Shown here piece by piece: positions 17,275 through 27,538 of a DNA stretch of 64,000 nt. The first letter of the stretch is position 1, and each line of letters opens with the position of its first letter. The notes beneath the pieces are model-generated. The model was given only the letters and a program-made list of their open reading frames with translations, had not been told where the DNA came from and searched no databases. Source of the stretch: an uncultured delta proteobacterium (GTDB taxonomy: Bacteria; Desulfobacterota; Syntrophobacteria; BM002); assembly GCA_963712115.1 (NCBI GenBank), contig CAVQGX010000037.1, forward strand, positions 55,739 to 119,738, read 5' to 3'. The position numbers and the translations under genes are program-made.

Positions 17275-18441
17275 CTAGAAAAAGGCTGAAATCTTCGTTA
17301 TATCCTCTCCCAAAATAAGAGTGTGAATATCATGGGTTCCCTCGTAGGTGTAGAGGCTCTCCAGGTTACACATGTGGCGAATAATCCCATACTCGATACT
17401 AATACCGTAGGCACCCAGCATGTTTCTGGCCACCCGGGCAATTTTCAGCGCTTCATTGACATTGTTCATTTTGGCCATGGAAATATGTTGGTGTCGCCAC
17501 TTGCCGGCATCTTTCAGACGTCCCACCTGCAAAGCAAGCAACTGCATTTTAGAAATCTCGGTCAACATCTTCACCAATTTTTTTTGAGTCAACTGGAAGG
17601 ATGCGATGGGCTTTCCAAACTGAATCCGCTCTTTGGAATAACGTAAGGCCCTGTCGTAGCAATCCATGGCCGCTCCAATGGCGCCCCAGGAAATGCCGTA
17701 GCGAGCTTCGTTCAAGCACATCAAGGCGCACTTGAGCCCGTTTGCTTCAGGTAGCCTATTGGACTCGGGGATTCGTACATCTTCAAAAATGAGCCCCGAG
17801 GTAACCGAAGCCCGCAAGGACATTTTTTTCTCGATGGGAAAGGTGAGGAAGCCTTTCGCTCCTTTTTCCACCAGGAACCCTTTGATCCCTTCGTCAGTTC
17901 TGGCCCACACCACAGCCACATCCGCGATATCGCCGTTGGTGATCCAGAGCTTTGAGCCATTGATGACCCAGCCTTTCCCATCTTTCTTTGCCCTGGTTTT
18001 CATGCCGGCAGGGTCTGAACCATGATCCGGTTCGGTGAGGCCGAAACAACCTATCTTTTCGCCTGCGGCCATTCTGGGAAGCCAGTATTCTTTCTGCTCC
18101 TCGGAGCCAAAGGAATGAATGGGGTACATAACGAGGGAGGACTGCACCGACATGAGACTTCTGAGACCACTGTCTCCTCGTTCCAGTTCCTGACAGGCGA
18201 GGCCGTATTGGACGTTGTTGGTGCCGGCACACCCATAGCCATGGAGTTTCATCCCGAAAAGGCCCAGTTCCCCAACCTTGGGGATTATCTCCATGGGAAA
18301 GGTGGCCTTTTCAAAGTGATCATCTATGAGGGGCATGAACTTCTCATCCACGAACCTTCTCACCGTATCCCGAGTAATCTTCTCTTCGTCGCTGAGAAGG
18401 TCATCTAGACGCAGAAAATCCAGACCTTGAAATTTGGACAC
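17275..18441 (-). CDS. gcdH: glutaryl-CoA dehydrogenase family acyl-CoA dehydrogenase
   Basis: 388 aa. 'GCFGLTEPDHGSDPAGMKTRA' and 'YTYEGTHDIHTLILG'. The overall N-terminal pattern 'LLSDEEKITRDTVRRFVDEKFMP' is typical of GCDH. Decarboxylating versus non-decarboxylating type cannot be decided here. Confidence 0.85.
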   Translation of the reverse strand: MSKFQGLDFLRLDDLLSDEEKITRDTVRRFVDEKFMPLIDDHFEKATFPMEIIPKVGELGLFGMKLHGYGCAGTNNVQYGLACQELERGDSGLRSLMSVQSSLVMYPIHSFGSEEQKEYWLPRMAAGEKIGCFGLTEPDHGSDPAGMKTRAKKDGKGWVINGSKLWITNGDIADVAVVWARTDEGIKGFLVEKGAKGFLTFPIEKKMSLRASVTSGLIFEDVRIPESNRLPEANGLKCALMCLNEARYGISWGAIGAAMDCYDRALRYSKERIQFGKPIASFQLTQKKLVKMLTEISKMQLLALQVGRLKDAGKWRHQHISMAKMNNVNEALKIARVARNMLGAYGISIEYGIIRHMCNLESLYTYEGTHDIHTLILGEDITKISAFF

Positions 18442-18470
18442 TGTTCACTCCAAGTTTGAGATGATTTAAT

Positions 18471-19676
18471 TTACACCACACCCTTTTCCCTTAACTGCTT
18501 AATCTGTTCGGGACTGAATCCTAACTGGTCCTGCAAAATTTCGTCGGTGTGCTCACCGAGCAGTGGTGGGTGGAGCATGGTCTTGCAGGGGGTCTTGGAA
18601 AGCTTCATCGGCGAAGCAACTAACTTGACGGTACCAGCGGTCGGGTGCGGTACTTCTTCGATCATGGCTCGCGCTTTGACCTGGGGGTCGGAAAAGACTC
18701 TGTCCAGGGTGTTGATGGGACCACAGGGAATTCCTGCCTCTTCAAGCAGATGCAGCCACTCCTCTGCTTTTTTGCTGAGCATCCTCGCCGCCACAATTGG
18801 GACCAGTTCTGTGCGATTTTCAACCCTCGCCGCATTTGTGGCAAACTTTGGATCCTGGGCCAGTCCTTCTAGACCTGCCAACTTACAGAAGGCTCGCCAC
18901 TGCTGATCGTTACCAACAGCCAGTGCAACGTAGGATGTCTTTGTTTTGAAGGGCTCGTATGGCACAATATTTGGATGAGCATTACCATGCCGCACGGGAT
19001 TCTTCCCTGATACCAGGTAGTTGCTTCCGACATTGGCAAGCCAGGCCATCACAGAGTCGAGAAGAGAAATGTCAATGTATTGCCCTTCCCCGGACTTTTC
19101 TCGGTGGCGCAGAGCAGCCAGAATAGCACTAGAGGCAAACAGCCCGGCGGTGATGTCCACTATCGCCACTCCAACCTTCATCGGTGGGCCGTCTGGCTCA
19201 CCGGTAAAGCTCATCACCCCGCCCATTCCCTGGATCATGAAATCATAGCCCGGTTTGTCTTTGTACGGTCCATTTTGACCAAATCCCGTAATGGAACAGT
19301 AAATCAGACCAGGGTTCTCTTGGCTGAGTTCTCTGTATCCCAGCCCTGTATTATCCAGGGTGCCGACCTTAAAATTTTCTATCAAGATATCACTCTGCTT
19401 TGACAGAGATTTTATGATCTTCACACCCTCAGGGGTTTTCATGTTTGCGGTTAAACTCTTCTTGTTGCGGTTTACGCACAAATAATACGCGCTCTCCCCT
19501 GCAACAAAAGGCGGTCCCCAGTGCCTTGTGTCGTCACCTCCATGGGGGCGTTCCACTTTGATGACTTCGGCACCAAGGTCTCCGAGCATCATGGTACAAT
19601 ATGGGCCGGCTAGGACACGGGAAAGATCGAGCACCTTGATACCCTCTAGAGGTAGCTTAGCGGTTCCTGCTTTCAT
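18471..19676 (-). CDS. family III CoA-transferase (CaiB/BaiF family)
   Basis: 'LEGIKVLDLSRVLAGPYCTMMLGDLGAEVIKVERP'. I place the start at the internal ATG (19674-19676), preceded by GGAG, rather than at 19709. Confidence 0.9.
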   Translation of the reverse strand: MKAGTAKLPLEGIKVLDLSRVLAGPYCTMMLGDLGAEVIKVERPHGGDDTRHWGPPFVAGESAYYLCVNRNKKSLTANMKTPEGVKIIKSLSKQSDILIENFKVGTLDNTGLGYRELSQENPGLIYCSITGFGQNGPYKDKPGYDFMIQGMGGVMSFTGEPDGPPMKVGVAIVDITAGLFASSAILAALRHREKSGEGQYIDISLLDSVMAWLANVGSNYLVSGKNPVRHGNAHPNIVPYEPFKTKTSYVALAVGNDQQWRAFCKLAGLEGLAQDPKFATNAARVENRTELVPIVAARMLSKKAEEWLHLLEEAGIPCGPINTLDRVFSDPQVKARAMIEEVPHPTAGTVKLVASPMKLSKTPCKTMLHPPLLGEHTDEILQDQLGFSPEQIKQLREKGVV

Positions 19677-19961
19677 CAAAACTCCATTTGGTTGGGTTAA
19701 AGCCGACATCCTTTTTACGAGGGTCGGAAATAGGTGCCTGAGATTTTGCTGTGAGAACTGAAAAAAGAATCAGGGTTCAGTGACATAATAATGTTTGCAA
19801 CTATACCAAGAAACAAGATTGAAGTATACTTTGCAGAAACTTCCAAGGGTATCATTGGGTGTGATCGGGACGGATCTCGGTTTCAATATTTTTCGTTTTC
19901 AATATTGTGTGTTATCGAATAAGTAGCTGTCTTCTTTTAAGAAACGACAGGAGGGTGATCC

Positions 19962-20309
19962 ATGAAGGTTGTCCGTATGAGCAGCGCAGAGAGTTACGAG
20001 CCTGAAAAGGACTGGAAACGTGTGAGTCTCTGCAATGAAAAAGACATTTCCATTGAGCACTTCATCAAGCCGCCACATCATGCTTCGCCGATGCACGATC
20101 ATCCGAACGCGCAGGTTCTGGTCGTTCTCAAAGGCAAACTGGCAATCGTTACTGATGGGAGCGGAGAGCAGGTGCTTGGAGAGGGCGATGCTGCCTATAT
20201 CCCGGAGAATGAAGCGCATGTGGTGAAGAACCTGCTCGATGTCCCCTCGATCGGCCTCGACATATTTGTTCCTGGACGGTCCTTTGATTTCTGGTTGAAG
20301 CGAAAGTAG
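19962..20309 (+). CDS. cupin domain protein
   Basis: 115 aa. GGAGGG RBS. Cupin motifs 'PMHDHPNAQVLVVLKG' and 'YIPENEAHVVKN'. Confidence 0.75.
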   Translation: MKVVRMSSAESYEPEKDWKRVSLCNEKDISIEHFIKPPHHASPMHDHPNAQVLVVLKGKLAIVTDGSGEQVLGEGDAAYIPENEAHVVKNLLDVPSIGLDIFVPGRSFDFWLKRK

Positions 20310-20471
20310 TCATAGCGTCCATCCGGCCGCCCGGGGTAAGCAAACTGAGTCAGCAGCAGAAAGCGGGCAATCTAGAAGGTGGGATAGCAGCCAACCCTTC
20401 GCTGCAGCCGTCCCTTAGACAAGCTTAGGGCGCCCGAGCTCGGCCGTTATATTTCAGGAGGATATCAAAAG

Positions 20472-21080
20472 ATGGAAATAAGTCCCGAAAGCAGATCAAA
20501 CCAGGATATATATAAGATTCTTATTGGCACAGTATTACCTCGGCCAATTGCCTGGGTCTCAACCGTTGATACCTCGGGTAACATAAACCTTGCTCCCTTC
20601 TCCTTCTTCACGGTTGCAAGTGTTAACCCGCCGATTCTATGCTTCTCTCCACTTCTGCAAGAAAATTCAATAGAGAAAGACACTCTGGTAAACATCAAAC
20701 AGACTTCTGAATTTGTGGTGAACATTGTGAGCTACGGTCTGGCCGAGGCAATGAATCGTACAAGTGGTCCATATCCGTCCGAGGTCAATGAGTTTGATGT
20801 AGCTGGAGTTGCCGCGAAGCAATCGACAATTGTTAAGCCTCCCTGTGTTGCAGACTCACTGGTTAATTTTGAGTGCAAACTTCACCAGATCATTTCTTTC
20901 GGCTCAGAGCCAAGGGCCGGGAATCTGGTCTTGGGCCGAGTTTGTAACATTCATATTCATCCAGACATTGTTAGAAATGGTGAAGTAGACTGTAAGTCCT
21001 TGGACGCCATTGGAAGGTTGGGGGGCAATATGTACACTACCATCAGGGATTGCTTCGAGATGGAAAGACCTGCAATATAA
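20472..21080 (+). CDS. flavin reductase-like FMN-binding protein
   Basis: AGGAGGA RBS. 'LPRPIAWVSTVDTSGNINLAPFSFF' and 'GRLGGNMY' are typical of the flavin reductase-like split-barrel domain. Confidence 0.85.
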   Translation: MEISPESRSNQDIYKILIGTVLPRPIAWVSTVDTSGNINLAPFSFFTVASVNPPILCFSPLLQENSIEKDTLVNIKQTSEFVVNIVSYGLAEAMNRTSGPYPSEVNEFDVAGVAAKQSTIVKPPCVADSLVNFECKLHQIISFGSEPRAGNLVLGRVCNIHIHPDIVRNGEVDCKSLDAIGRLGGNMYTTIRDCFEMERPAI

Positions 21081-21557
21081 CCACCCGCTGCGGTCGAACA
21101 CGGCAAACAACATCCTACTCCCCCCTAATGTTGAGTGCGTCGATCTCCCCACGACTACACCTGCTTGACACACCAGGACCTTTCATCCTATCATCCTAAT
21201 ATTTATTGCCCTTATCTGGAGCGAGTACTCATCAGTTATCAATCTCCCTCTCATCTTCAGTTGGACATGTTGAACTTACTATTTGATTAATTGCCACAAT
21301 GTGGTACTAGATTATTCATAAAAAGAGCGGTTGCAGGCAATTAATCTCTTTTTCTTCTGTTGCCTCCGAAAGCGGCTATGTATTTTATCCTTTTAAATTA
21401 ATATGTTGGATGTTTTCAGCAAGGAGAGTATGTCTGATTCCACAATGCTTCGATGAATTAGACACATTCAAAGACAGCAGCTTGGCGTCAGGAAGTTGTG
21501 CGGCATTTTGAAGTTTCTCATTGACCCAGAACATTTGTACTCAAGGAGGGCAGAATT

Positions 21558-22802
21558 ATGTCGAGAAAATTAAGAGTTCTAATCGGACTATTAGTAGCTG
21601 TCGCTGCCGCTGGTTTCGTTTTTGCGAGTCCGGCCGTCGCCAAGGTTGAGGGCGACACCATTGTTTTTGGCGCAGCGGTTTCTTTCACCGGGAAATACTC
21701 AACCAACGGCAAGCACACCAAGAACGGTTATGATCTTGCCGTAAAGCGGATTAACGAGATGGGCGGCGTCAAGGTGGGCAATAAGACTTATAAAATCAAG
21801 GTCCAATACTACGACGACGAATCAACACCGGCCCGCGCCGGACAGTTGGCCGACCGGCTGATCAAGCAGGATGGGATCAAATTCATCCTGGGGCCATACG
21901 GTTCCGGTCCGACCAAAGGCATGGCACCGATAACCGAAAAGTACAAGATTCCCATGGTCGAGGGGAACGGTGCTTCCCGCGCCCTTTTTAACAAAGGCTA
22001 CCGGTACCTGTTCGCCGTACTTACAACTTCAGAACAGTACTTGGCAGAATCCATCAACTTGCTCGCAGAAGAGTTCAAGAAGGATGGCAGAGATCCAAGC
22101 ACTGCTACAGTGGCCATTGCGGTCGAAAACGACCCATTCTCCATGGACATCCGCGCCGGGGTTTTGGATGATGCCAAGAGGTGGGGCATGAAAGTCGTCA
22201 TCGACGACAAATTGCCCAAAGAGCTGACCGACATGACCGCCACCCTGACCAAGGTCAAGGCCTTGAGGCCCGATGCCCTCATCGTATCAGGGCACTCCAA
22301 GGGTGCAGCCCTGGCTGTCCGTCAGACGGCCCAGATGAAGGTGGATGTGCCCATGCTGGCCACCACCCATTGCGATGCAGCGGACGTGATTGGTAAGTTC
22401 GGAGGAGATGCCAATTACACCCTGTGCGCCACCCAGTGGGACCCAACCATGACATACAAGGATGACTGGTTCGGCTTTGCCGGAGACTATGCCGACAGAT
22501 TCGAGAAAGAATACGGCTACGCACCGCCTTACCAGGCCGCTGAGTCGACCGCATCCGTGCTCGTTTATGTGGATGCCCTGCAACGAGCCGGCACATTCGA
22601 CACCGAGAAGGTACGCGACGCCATAGCTGCGACGAACCTTCAGACCTTCTACGGCTGGGTCAAGTTCGATGAAACCGGTAAAAACATCGCCAAACCCATC
22701 GTGATGTGGCAGGTTCAGAAGGGCAAATACATACCCGTGGCTCCCAGCAAATTTGCCGCAGGCCAGGTGATCTTTCCGAAACCTCTGTGGAGAGACCGCT
22801 AA
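21558..22802 (+). CDS. ABC transporter periplasmic substrate-binding protein (branched-chain amino acid/LivK-like family)
   Basis: AAGGAGGG RBS. Signal peptide 'LIGLLVAVAAAGFVFASPAVA'. Type I PBP pattern 'GAAVSFTGKYSTNGKHTKNGYDLAVKRINEMGG'. Substrate unknown. Confidence 0.9.
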   Translation: MSRKLRVLIGLLVAVAAAGFVFASPAVAKVEGDTIVFGAAVSFTGKYSTNGKHTKNGYDLAVKRINEMGGVKVGNKTYKIKVQYYDDESTPARAGQLADRLIKQDGIKFILGPYGSGPTKGMAPITEKYKIPMVEGNGASRALFNKGYRYLFAVLTTSEQYLAESINLLAEEFKKDGRDPSTATVAIAVENDPFSMDIRAGVLDDAKRWGMKVVIDDKLPKELTDMTATLTKVKALRPDALIVSGHSKGAALAVRQTAQMKVDVPMLATTHCDAADVIGKFGGDANYTLCATQWDPTMTYKDDWFGFAGDYADRFEKEYGYAPPYQAAESTASVLVYVDALQRAGTFDTEKVRDAIAATNLQTFYGWVKFDETGKNIAKPIVMWQVQKGKYIPVAPSKFAAGQVIFPKPLWRDR

Positions 22803-22861
22803 ACCCATAAAGCAACCCGCCCGCCCTAGCGATAATCCTAGGGCGGGCCTTCTTATTCGCT

Positions 22862-23761
22862 ATGGATAATCTTCAAATTTTATTCTCTGCACCGATATTT
22901 GCTTTGCAGCTGCTCATTGATGGTCTTCTCATCGGCGCCATCTTTGCGCTGGCAGCCTATGGCATGGCGCTGGTGTGGGGTGTTATGAAGATCATAAACT
23001 TCGCCCAAGGGGAGTTTGTCATCTTGGGGGGATATATGGCCTTCGCCTTCAGCAAAGCAGGAGTCCACCCCTTCTTCACCGTGCCGCTGTCAACGGTGTC
23101 TCTGTACATTGCCGGCTGGTTGTTGTACCGCCTTGTCATCTTCAGAATCGTGGAAGAGGACCTCTTCATCTCGATTCTAGCCACCTTTGGCATCAGCATA
23201 CTCATGCAGCAGCTCATGAACCAGGTGTTCACTGCCGACGTTCAGACCGTCGACTCCGGCCTCGGCACCTGGTTTCTCTTTGACGGCAACGTGACAGTGT
23301 TGCAAATCAAGGTCGTCAGCTTTGCCAGCGCCCTGGTACTGGGGGTCTGCCTTGGGCTGTTCATGAAAAAGACCCGGCTCGGGCAAACCATCCGTGCTAC
23401 CGCCCAGAACGCCCGTGCGGCCCGCATTCTGGGTATCGATACAGACAAGGTATATTGCACGACCTTTGCATTGAACGCGGCTATCTGCGGCGCCTGCGGG
23501 GCCTTGGTCCTTATGACCTGGGTGATTCAACCGTTCATGGGGCTTGCCTATACGATCCGTTCATTCATGATTGTCATCATTGCCGGCATCGGCAATGTGG
23601 CCGGGGTCGTGCTAGCAGGTCTGGGGCTCGGTGCTGCCGAAAACTTTGCCGGTTTTGTTCTGGGCACCGAGTTTCAGGCCGCCTTTATCTTTTCATTGCT
23701 GGTCGTCATCCTGGTCTGGCGTAACTTTACCCTCAGACTTAAACGAAGGTATCTCCATTGA
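22862..23761 (+). CDS. livH: branched-chain amino acid ABC permease (LivH-like)
   Basis: 299-aa multi-TM protein. 'INFAQGEFVILGGY' is the LivH-type signature. Confidence 0.9.
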   Translation: MDNLQILFSAPIFALQLLIDGLLIGAIFALAAYGMALVWGVMKIINFAQGEFVILGGYMAFAFSKAGVHPFFTVPLSTVSLYIAGWLLYRLVIFRIVEEDLFISILATFGISILMQQLMNQVFTADVQTVDSGLGTWFLFDGNVTVLQIKVVSFASALVLGVCLGLFMKKTRLGQTIRATAQNARAARILGIDTDKVYCTTFALNAAICGACGALVLMTWVIQPFMGLAYTIRSFMIVIIAGIGNVAGVVLAGLGLGAAENFAGFVLGTEFQAAFIFSLLVVILVWRNFTLRLKRRYLH

Positions 23762-24819
23762 ACACCGTTGAACGAAATCTCGCTCTTTACGGCTCCATCC
23801 TCATTGTTTCCCTGGCCGCCCCCTGGGTGTTCCCCGCCTACCGCACCCAGTTGGCGTTCTTGTGGATAATGGTGCTGTTTGCCCTTACCTGGGACCTGGT
23901 AGGCGGGCAGATGGGATATACATCCTTTGGGAATATCGTGTTTTTCGGCATCGGTATGTACGTGACCGCGGTGATCCAACGGAATCTACATTTTGACATC
24001 GAAGAGTACGTTCATGTGGCGGGCGCAGTTGATATGTTGCAGCCCGGTGAATATTTGAGCGGACTTTTTCTGGGCATGGGTGCAAGCGCCATTGTTGCCG
24101 TGATCGTTGCGGTGGTCCTCGGCCTCTGTATCCTGGCCATGGGGATGCGCGGTCAATATTTCGGCATTTGTACCCTTGGTCTCGGGGTCGCCGCCGGCGA
24201 ACTTGCCAGCGGCTGGGAATACATCGGTGCCGGATCGGGGATGGTAACGCCGGTGTTTCCCGAAAGATTGGGTGAGCGCGGAATCTTCTTCTATTACATT
24301 TTTTTCATCCTGGCCGGGATGGTATTCCTGACCTTGAAATGGCTCTATGCGGGTCGCTTCGGCCTTGCTATCAACGCCATCCGAGACGATGAGGACAAGG
24401 CCGAAGCCATGGGCATCCGCACCACCCGGTATAAAATGACAGCCTGGTGCATTTCCGGTTTCTTCCTTGCAATTGCAGGAGGCGCTGCCGGCCATCTGGT
24501 GGGATTCATCGATCCTACGGAAGTGGCTTTTGCCGGCGCAACTTTCGGCGTTTGGATGATCTTGATGGCAATCCTCGGCGGCAAGGGAACCCTTTGGGGA
24601 CCGGTGATCGGGGCGGTGATTTTTCATATTACCCAGGAACTGTTCTGGACATACCTTTTTGGCTGGCAGCGCGTGGCAATGGGCGCCCTTATCGTCGGTA
24701 TCGTAGTCTTTTTTCCCCAAGGAATCATCGGCTGGATCCGCGACCGCTGGCCGGAACGCTTTGGCCATCGAGTAGAGGAAAGTACCGTTTCCAGTTCTTC
24801 CGGGGGAGGTGGGGCATGA
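23758..24819 (+). CDS. livM: branched-chain amino acid ABC permease (LivM-like)
   Basis: TTG start overlapping the livH stop. Multi-TM. 'RFGLAINAIRDDEDKAEAMGI' is a LivM-type motif. Confidence 0.9.
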   Translation: MNTVERNLALYGSILIVSLAAPWVFPAYRTQLAFLWIMVLFALTWDLVGGQMGYTSFGNIVFFGIGMYVTAVIQRNLHFDIEEYVHVAGAVDMLQPGEYLSGLFLGMGASAIVAVIVAVVLGLCILAMGMRGQYFGICTLGLGVAAGELASGWEYIGAGSGMVTPVFPERLGERGIFFYYIFFILAGMVFLTLKWLYAGRFGLAINAIRDDEDKAEAMGIRTTRYKMTAWCISGFFLAIAGGAAGHLVGFIDPTEVAFAGATFGVWMILMAILGGKGTLWGPVIGAVIFHITQELFWTYLFGWQRVAMGALIVGIVVFFPQGIIGWIRDRWPERFGHRVEESTVSSSSGGGGA

Positions 24820-25562
24820 CCGGACAGCAGCTGATGGTGGAAGGTGTCACCAAAAGGTTCGGTGGTGTCGTTGCCAATGACAACATCAGTCTCTCTGTGC
24901 CTGAGGGTAGCATCGTCGGCCTCATCGGCCCCAATGGATCCGGCAAAACCACACTGTTCAACTCTATTGTTGGCTACCACCCCATCGACCAGGGCTCCAT
25001 CCGCTTTGAAGGCCGCGAAATCTCAGGCCTGAGGGTGACTGAGATCGCGCGGTTGGGGATGCTGAGAACCTTCCAGCAAACGCGAGTTTACGCCAAGATG
25101 ACCTGCGTGCAAAACATGCAGATCAGCGTGCCCCGGCAAAACGAGGGTTTTGGCGCCATGTTCTCTAAGTCTCATCCGAAGATCATGAAGAAGGCCGAGA
25201 GCTTGCTGGCCTTTGTCGGTCTTTATGCCAAACGGTACCTCCTGGCAGGAGATCTTTCCTTCGGCCAGCAGAAACTTCTCGAGTTCGCCATGGCACTTAT
25301 GAACGAGCCCAAGCTGCTTCTTCTGGACGAGCCCACGGCGGGAATCAATCCGACCCTGATCAACGGCCTGATCGACCGCTTGAAACGCTCAAATGCAGAC
25401 CTCGGTATCACGCTTTTTATTATCGAGCATAACATGCCCGTTATCATGGACCTTGCCGAACATATCTACTGTTTGGCCCATGGAGAACTCCTGGCCGAAG
25501 GCCCGGCCGATGAGATCCGAGACGATCAGCGGGTGATCGACGCTTATCTCGGGGCGAACTGA
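24816..25562 (+). CDS. livG: ABC transporter ATP-binding protein (LivG-like)
   Basis: The ATG at 24816 overlaps the livM stop (ATGA). Walker A 'GPNGSGKTT', signature 'LSFGQQKLLE', Walker B 'LLLLDEP'. The track ORF from 24447 is an out-of-context upstream extension. Confidence 0.9.
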   Translation: MTGQQLMVEGVTKRFGGVVANDNISLSVPEGSIVGLIGPNGSGKTTLFNSIVGYHPIDQGSIRFEGREISGLRVTEIARLGMLRTFQQTRVYAKMTCVQNMQISVPRQNEGFGAMFSKSHPKIMKKAESLLAFVGLYAKRYLLAGDLSFGQQKLLEFAMALMNEPKLLLLDEPTAGINPTLINGLIDRLKRSNADLGITLFIIEHNMPVIMDLAEHIYCLAHGELLAEGPADEIRDDQRVIDAYLGAN

Positions 25563-26440
25563 TGGATGAAAAGAAAGAACAGAGAGCCGGAAAAGGCGAC
25601 ATCGGCGACCTCAGCCTCGACGATTTTGACACGGTGCTTTCGGTTGACGAAGTGGCGCATCAAGCCGAGAAGCTGGCTGCCGAGGCACCAAGCCGGCAGC
25701 GTTTGAGCGAACTGGTGGGGAAGGAACCGCTGCTTACCATTGAAGGCCTAAGGGCCGGCTACGGCAAGATGCAGATACTGCATGAGTTTGATCTGCAGGT
25801 AGGGGTGGAGCAGTCTCTTTGTATCATCGGGCCCAATGGCGCCGGAAAGTCTACGGTGCTGCACTCCATCTACGGATTCACCAACATTATGGGTGGGAAC
25901 ATCAAAATGGGAGGTAGCGACATTACCGGTATGAGTCCCAACCAAAAGCTCAAAAGAGCCGGTATCGCCTACATTCTCCAGGACAACTCGGTGTTTCCGG
26001 ACATGACGGTAGAGGAAAACATGTTGATGGGCGGTTTCCTCAAAGACAAGCCGAGCCAGGCATGGGAGGCTGCTGAAAACGTGCTTCAGAAGTATACCCG
26101 CCTGAGTGAAAGACGAAAGCAAAAGGCCGGTGTTCTCTCCGGCGGTGAGCGGCGCCTCCTCGAGATCTCCCGGGCGCTGATTATGGAACCGGAGGTTCTG
26201 TTAGTAGATGAGCCCTCCATCGGACTCGAGCCTCGTTTCATCCAGATGGTCTTCGAGATTCTGGATGATCTGCAGAATACGGAAGGCAAGACCATTGTCA
26301 TGGTCGAGCAGAACGCGAAGAAAGGCCTTGAGTTCGCCGACATCGGCTACGTGCTGGTCTCGGGCCATCTGGCCATGGCCGGAACCGGCGATGAACTCCT
26401 TGAGAACCCGGAAGTTGGCCGGTTGTTTCTGGGCGCCTAA
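25562..26440 (+). CDS. livF: ABC transporter ATP-binding protein (LivF-like) with a ~55-aa acidic N-terminal extension
   Basis: ATG overlaps the livG stop (TGATG). Walker A 'GPNGAGKST', signature 'LSGGERRLLE', Walker B 'VLLVDEP'. Confidence 0.85.
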   Translation: MDEKKEQRAGKGDIGDLSLDDFDTVLSVDEVAHQAEKLAAEAPSRQRLSELVGKEPLLTIEGLRAGYGKMQILHEFDLQVGVEQSLCIIGPNGAGKSTVLHSIYGFTNIMGGNIKMGGSDITGMSPNQKLKRAGIAYILQDNSVFPDMTVEENMLMGGFLKDKPSQAWEAAENVLQKYTRLSERRKQKAGVLSGGERRLLEISRALIMEPEVLLVDEPSIGLEPRFIQMVFEILDDLQNTEGKTIVMVEQNAKKGLEFADIGYVLVSGHLAMAGTGDELLENPEVGRLFLGA

Positions 26441-26476
26441 CCTGGATAACTCACCACACTCGTCTATTTGCAAGGA

Positions 26477-27535
26477 CTAGACTGCTTCCGCAATCGCCGC
26501 GCCAAGTTCCATCGTTGTTGCTGTGCCGCCCATATCGGGGGTTCGCAGCGAAGTGTTCTCCAGTACCGTCTCGATGGCCCGTTCCACGGCAGCTGCAGCC
26601 TCTGGATGGCCCAGGTGGTCGAGCATCAGAGCGCCCGACCAGATCTGGCCAATGGGATTGGCGATGCCTTTGCCTGCAATGTCAGGCGCCGAGCCGTGTA
26701 CCGGTTCGAACATTGATGGATACTCACGAGTCGGATTGATATTGGCAGAGGGTGCTATACCGATGGTTCCGGCAATTGCAGGGCCAAGATCCGAAAGGAT
26801 ATCGCCGAAAAGGTTGCTCCCTACCACCACATCGAACCAGTCGGGATGCAAGACAAAATGAGCGGTGAGAATATCGATGTGGTACTGATCGGTCCGAACG
26901 TCCGGATACTCGCTAGCAATGGCGGCAAAGCGTTCGTCCCAATAAGGCATAGTGTGAATGATCCCATTGGACTTGGTCGCTGAGGTGACATGCTTGGCTT
27001 TACGTGTCCGGGCGAGTTCAAATGCATAACGCAGGACACGGTCCACACCTTTTCTGGTGAATACCGTCTCCTGAACGACCATCTCTTGATCAGTTCCTGA
27101 ATAGAGGCGTCCGCCAATCTCCGAATATTCACCCTCATTGTTCTCTCGCACAACAAGAAAATCAATGTCTGTTGGCCCTCGACCTTGCAAGGGTGAAACC
27201 ATACCCCTCAACATGCGTATAGGTCGCAGATTGACGTATTGTTGCATCTGCCGGCGGATTGGTATGAGAAGCCCCCACAGGGAGATGTGATCCGGTACGG
27301 TGGGAAATCCCACAGCGCCAAGGAAAATCGCATCATATTCGCGAAGTTGATCGATCCCGTCCTCTGGCATCATGCGGCCGGTTCGGGTGAAGGTTTCGCA
27401 GTTCCAGGTGAATGTGTCCCATTTGAATTGGATGTCGAAACGGTGGCCGACCGACTCCAGTACACGAATGCCTTCAGGAACCACCTCTTTACCGATGCCA
27501 TCGCCGGGGAGCACCGCAATCCTATAACCGGCCAT
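26477..27535 (-). CDS. dmlA: tartrate dehydrogenase/decarboxylase / D-malate dehydrogenase family
   Basis: GGAGGAGG RBS. Near-colinear similarity by eye to E. coli DmlA: 'IAVLPGDGIGKEV', 'VPDHISLWGLL', 'DFLVVRENNEGEYS', 'SATKSNG', 'NLFGDILSDLGPA', 'FEPVHGSAPDIAGKGIANP'. Confidence 0.9.
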   Translation of the reverse strand: MAGYRIAVLPGDGIGKEVVPEGIRVLESVGHRFDIQFKWDTFTWNCETFTRTGRMMPEDGIDQLREYDAIFLGAVGFPTVPDHISLWGLLIPIRRQMQQYVNLRPIRMLRGMVSPLQGRGPTDIDFLVVRENNEGEYSEIGGRLYSGTDQEMVVQETVFTRKGVDRVLRYAFELARTRKAKHVTSATKSNGIIHTMPYWDERFAAIASEYPDVRTDQYHIDILTAHFVLHPDWFDVVVGSNLFGDILSDLGPAIAGTIGIAPSANINPTREYPSMFEPVHGSAPDIAGKGIANPIGQIWSGALMLDHLGHPEAAAAVERAIETVLENTSLRTPDMGGTATTMELGAAIAEAV

Positions 27536-27538
27536 GCT

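Noticed and set aside
21285-21346. An 11-bp perfect inverted repeat, GATTAATTGCC..GGCAATTAATC, with a 40-nt loop followed by TCTTTTTCTTCT, considered as an operator or terminator upstream of the liv operon.
   Set aside because: It is real in the sequence, but a single occurrence with an unusually large loop. I cannot distinguish a terminator of the flavin-reductase gene from a regulator-binding site, so I did not call it as a feature.
23986-24768. A 260-aa minus-strand ORF, and the 24447 upstream extension of the livG ORF.
   Set aside because: Both overlap livM, whose product has clear permease motifs. livG has a canonical ATGA-coupled start at 24816, and the extension encodes an Arg/Gly/Pro-rich non-ABC sequence.
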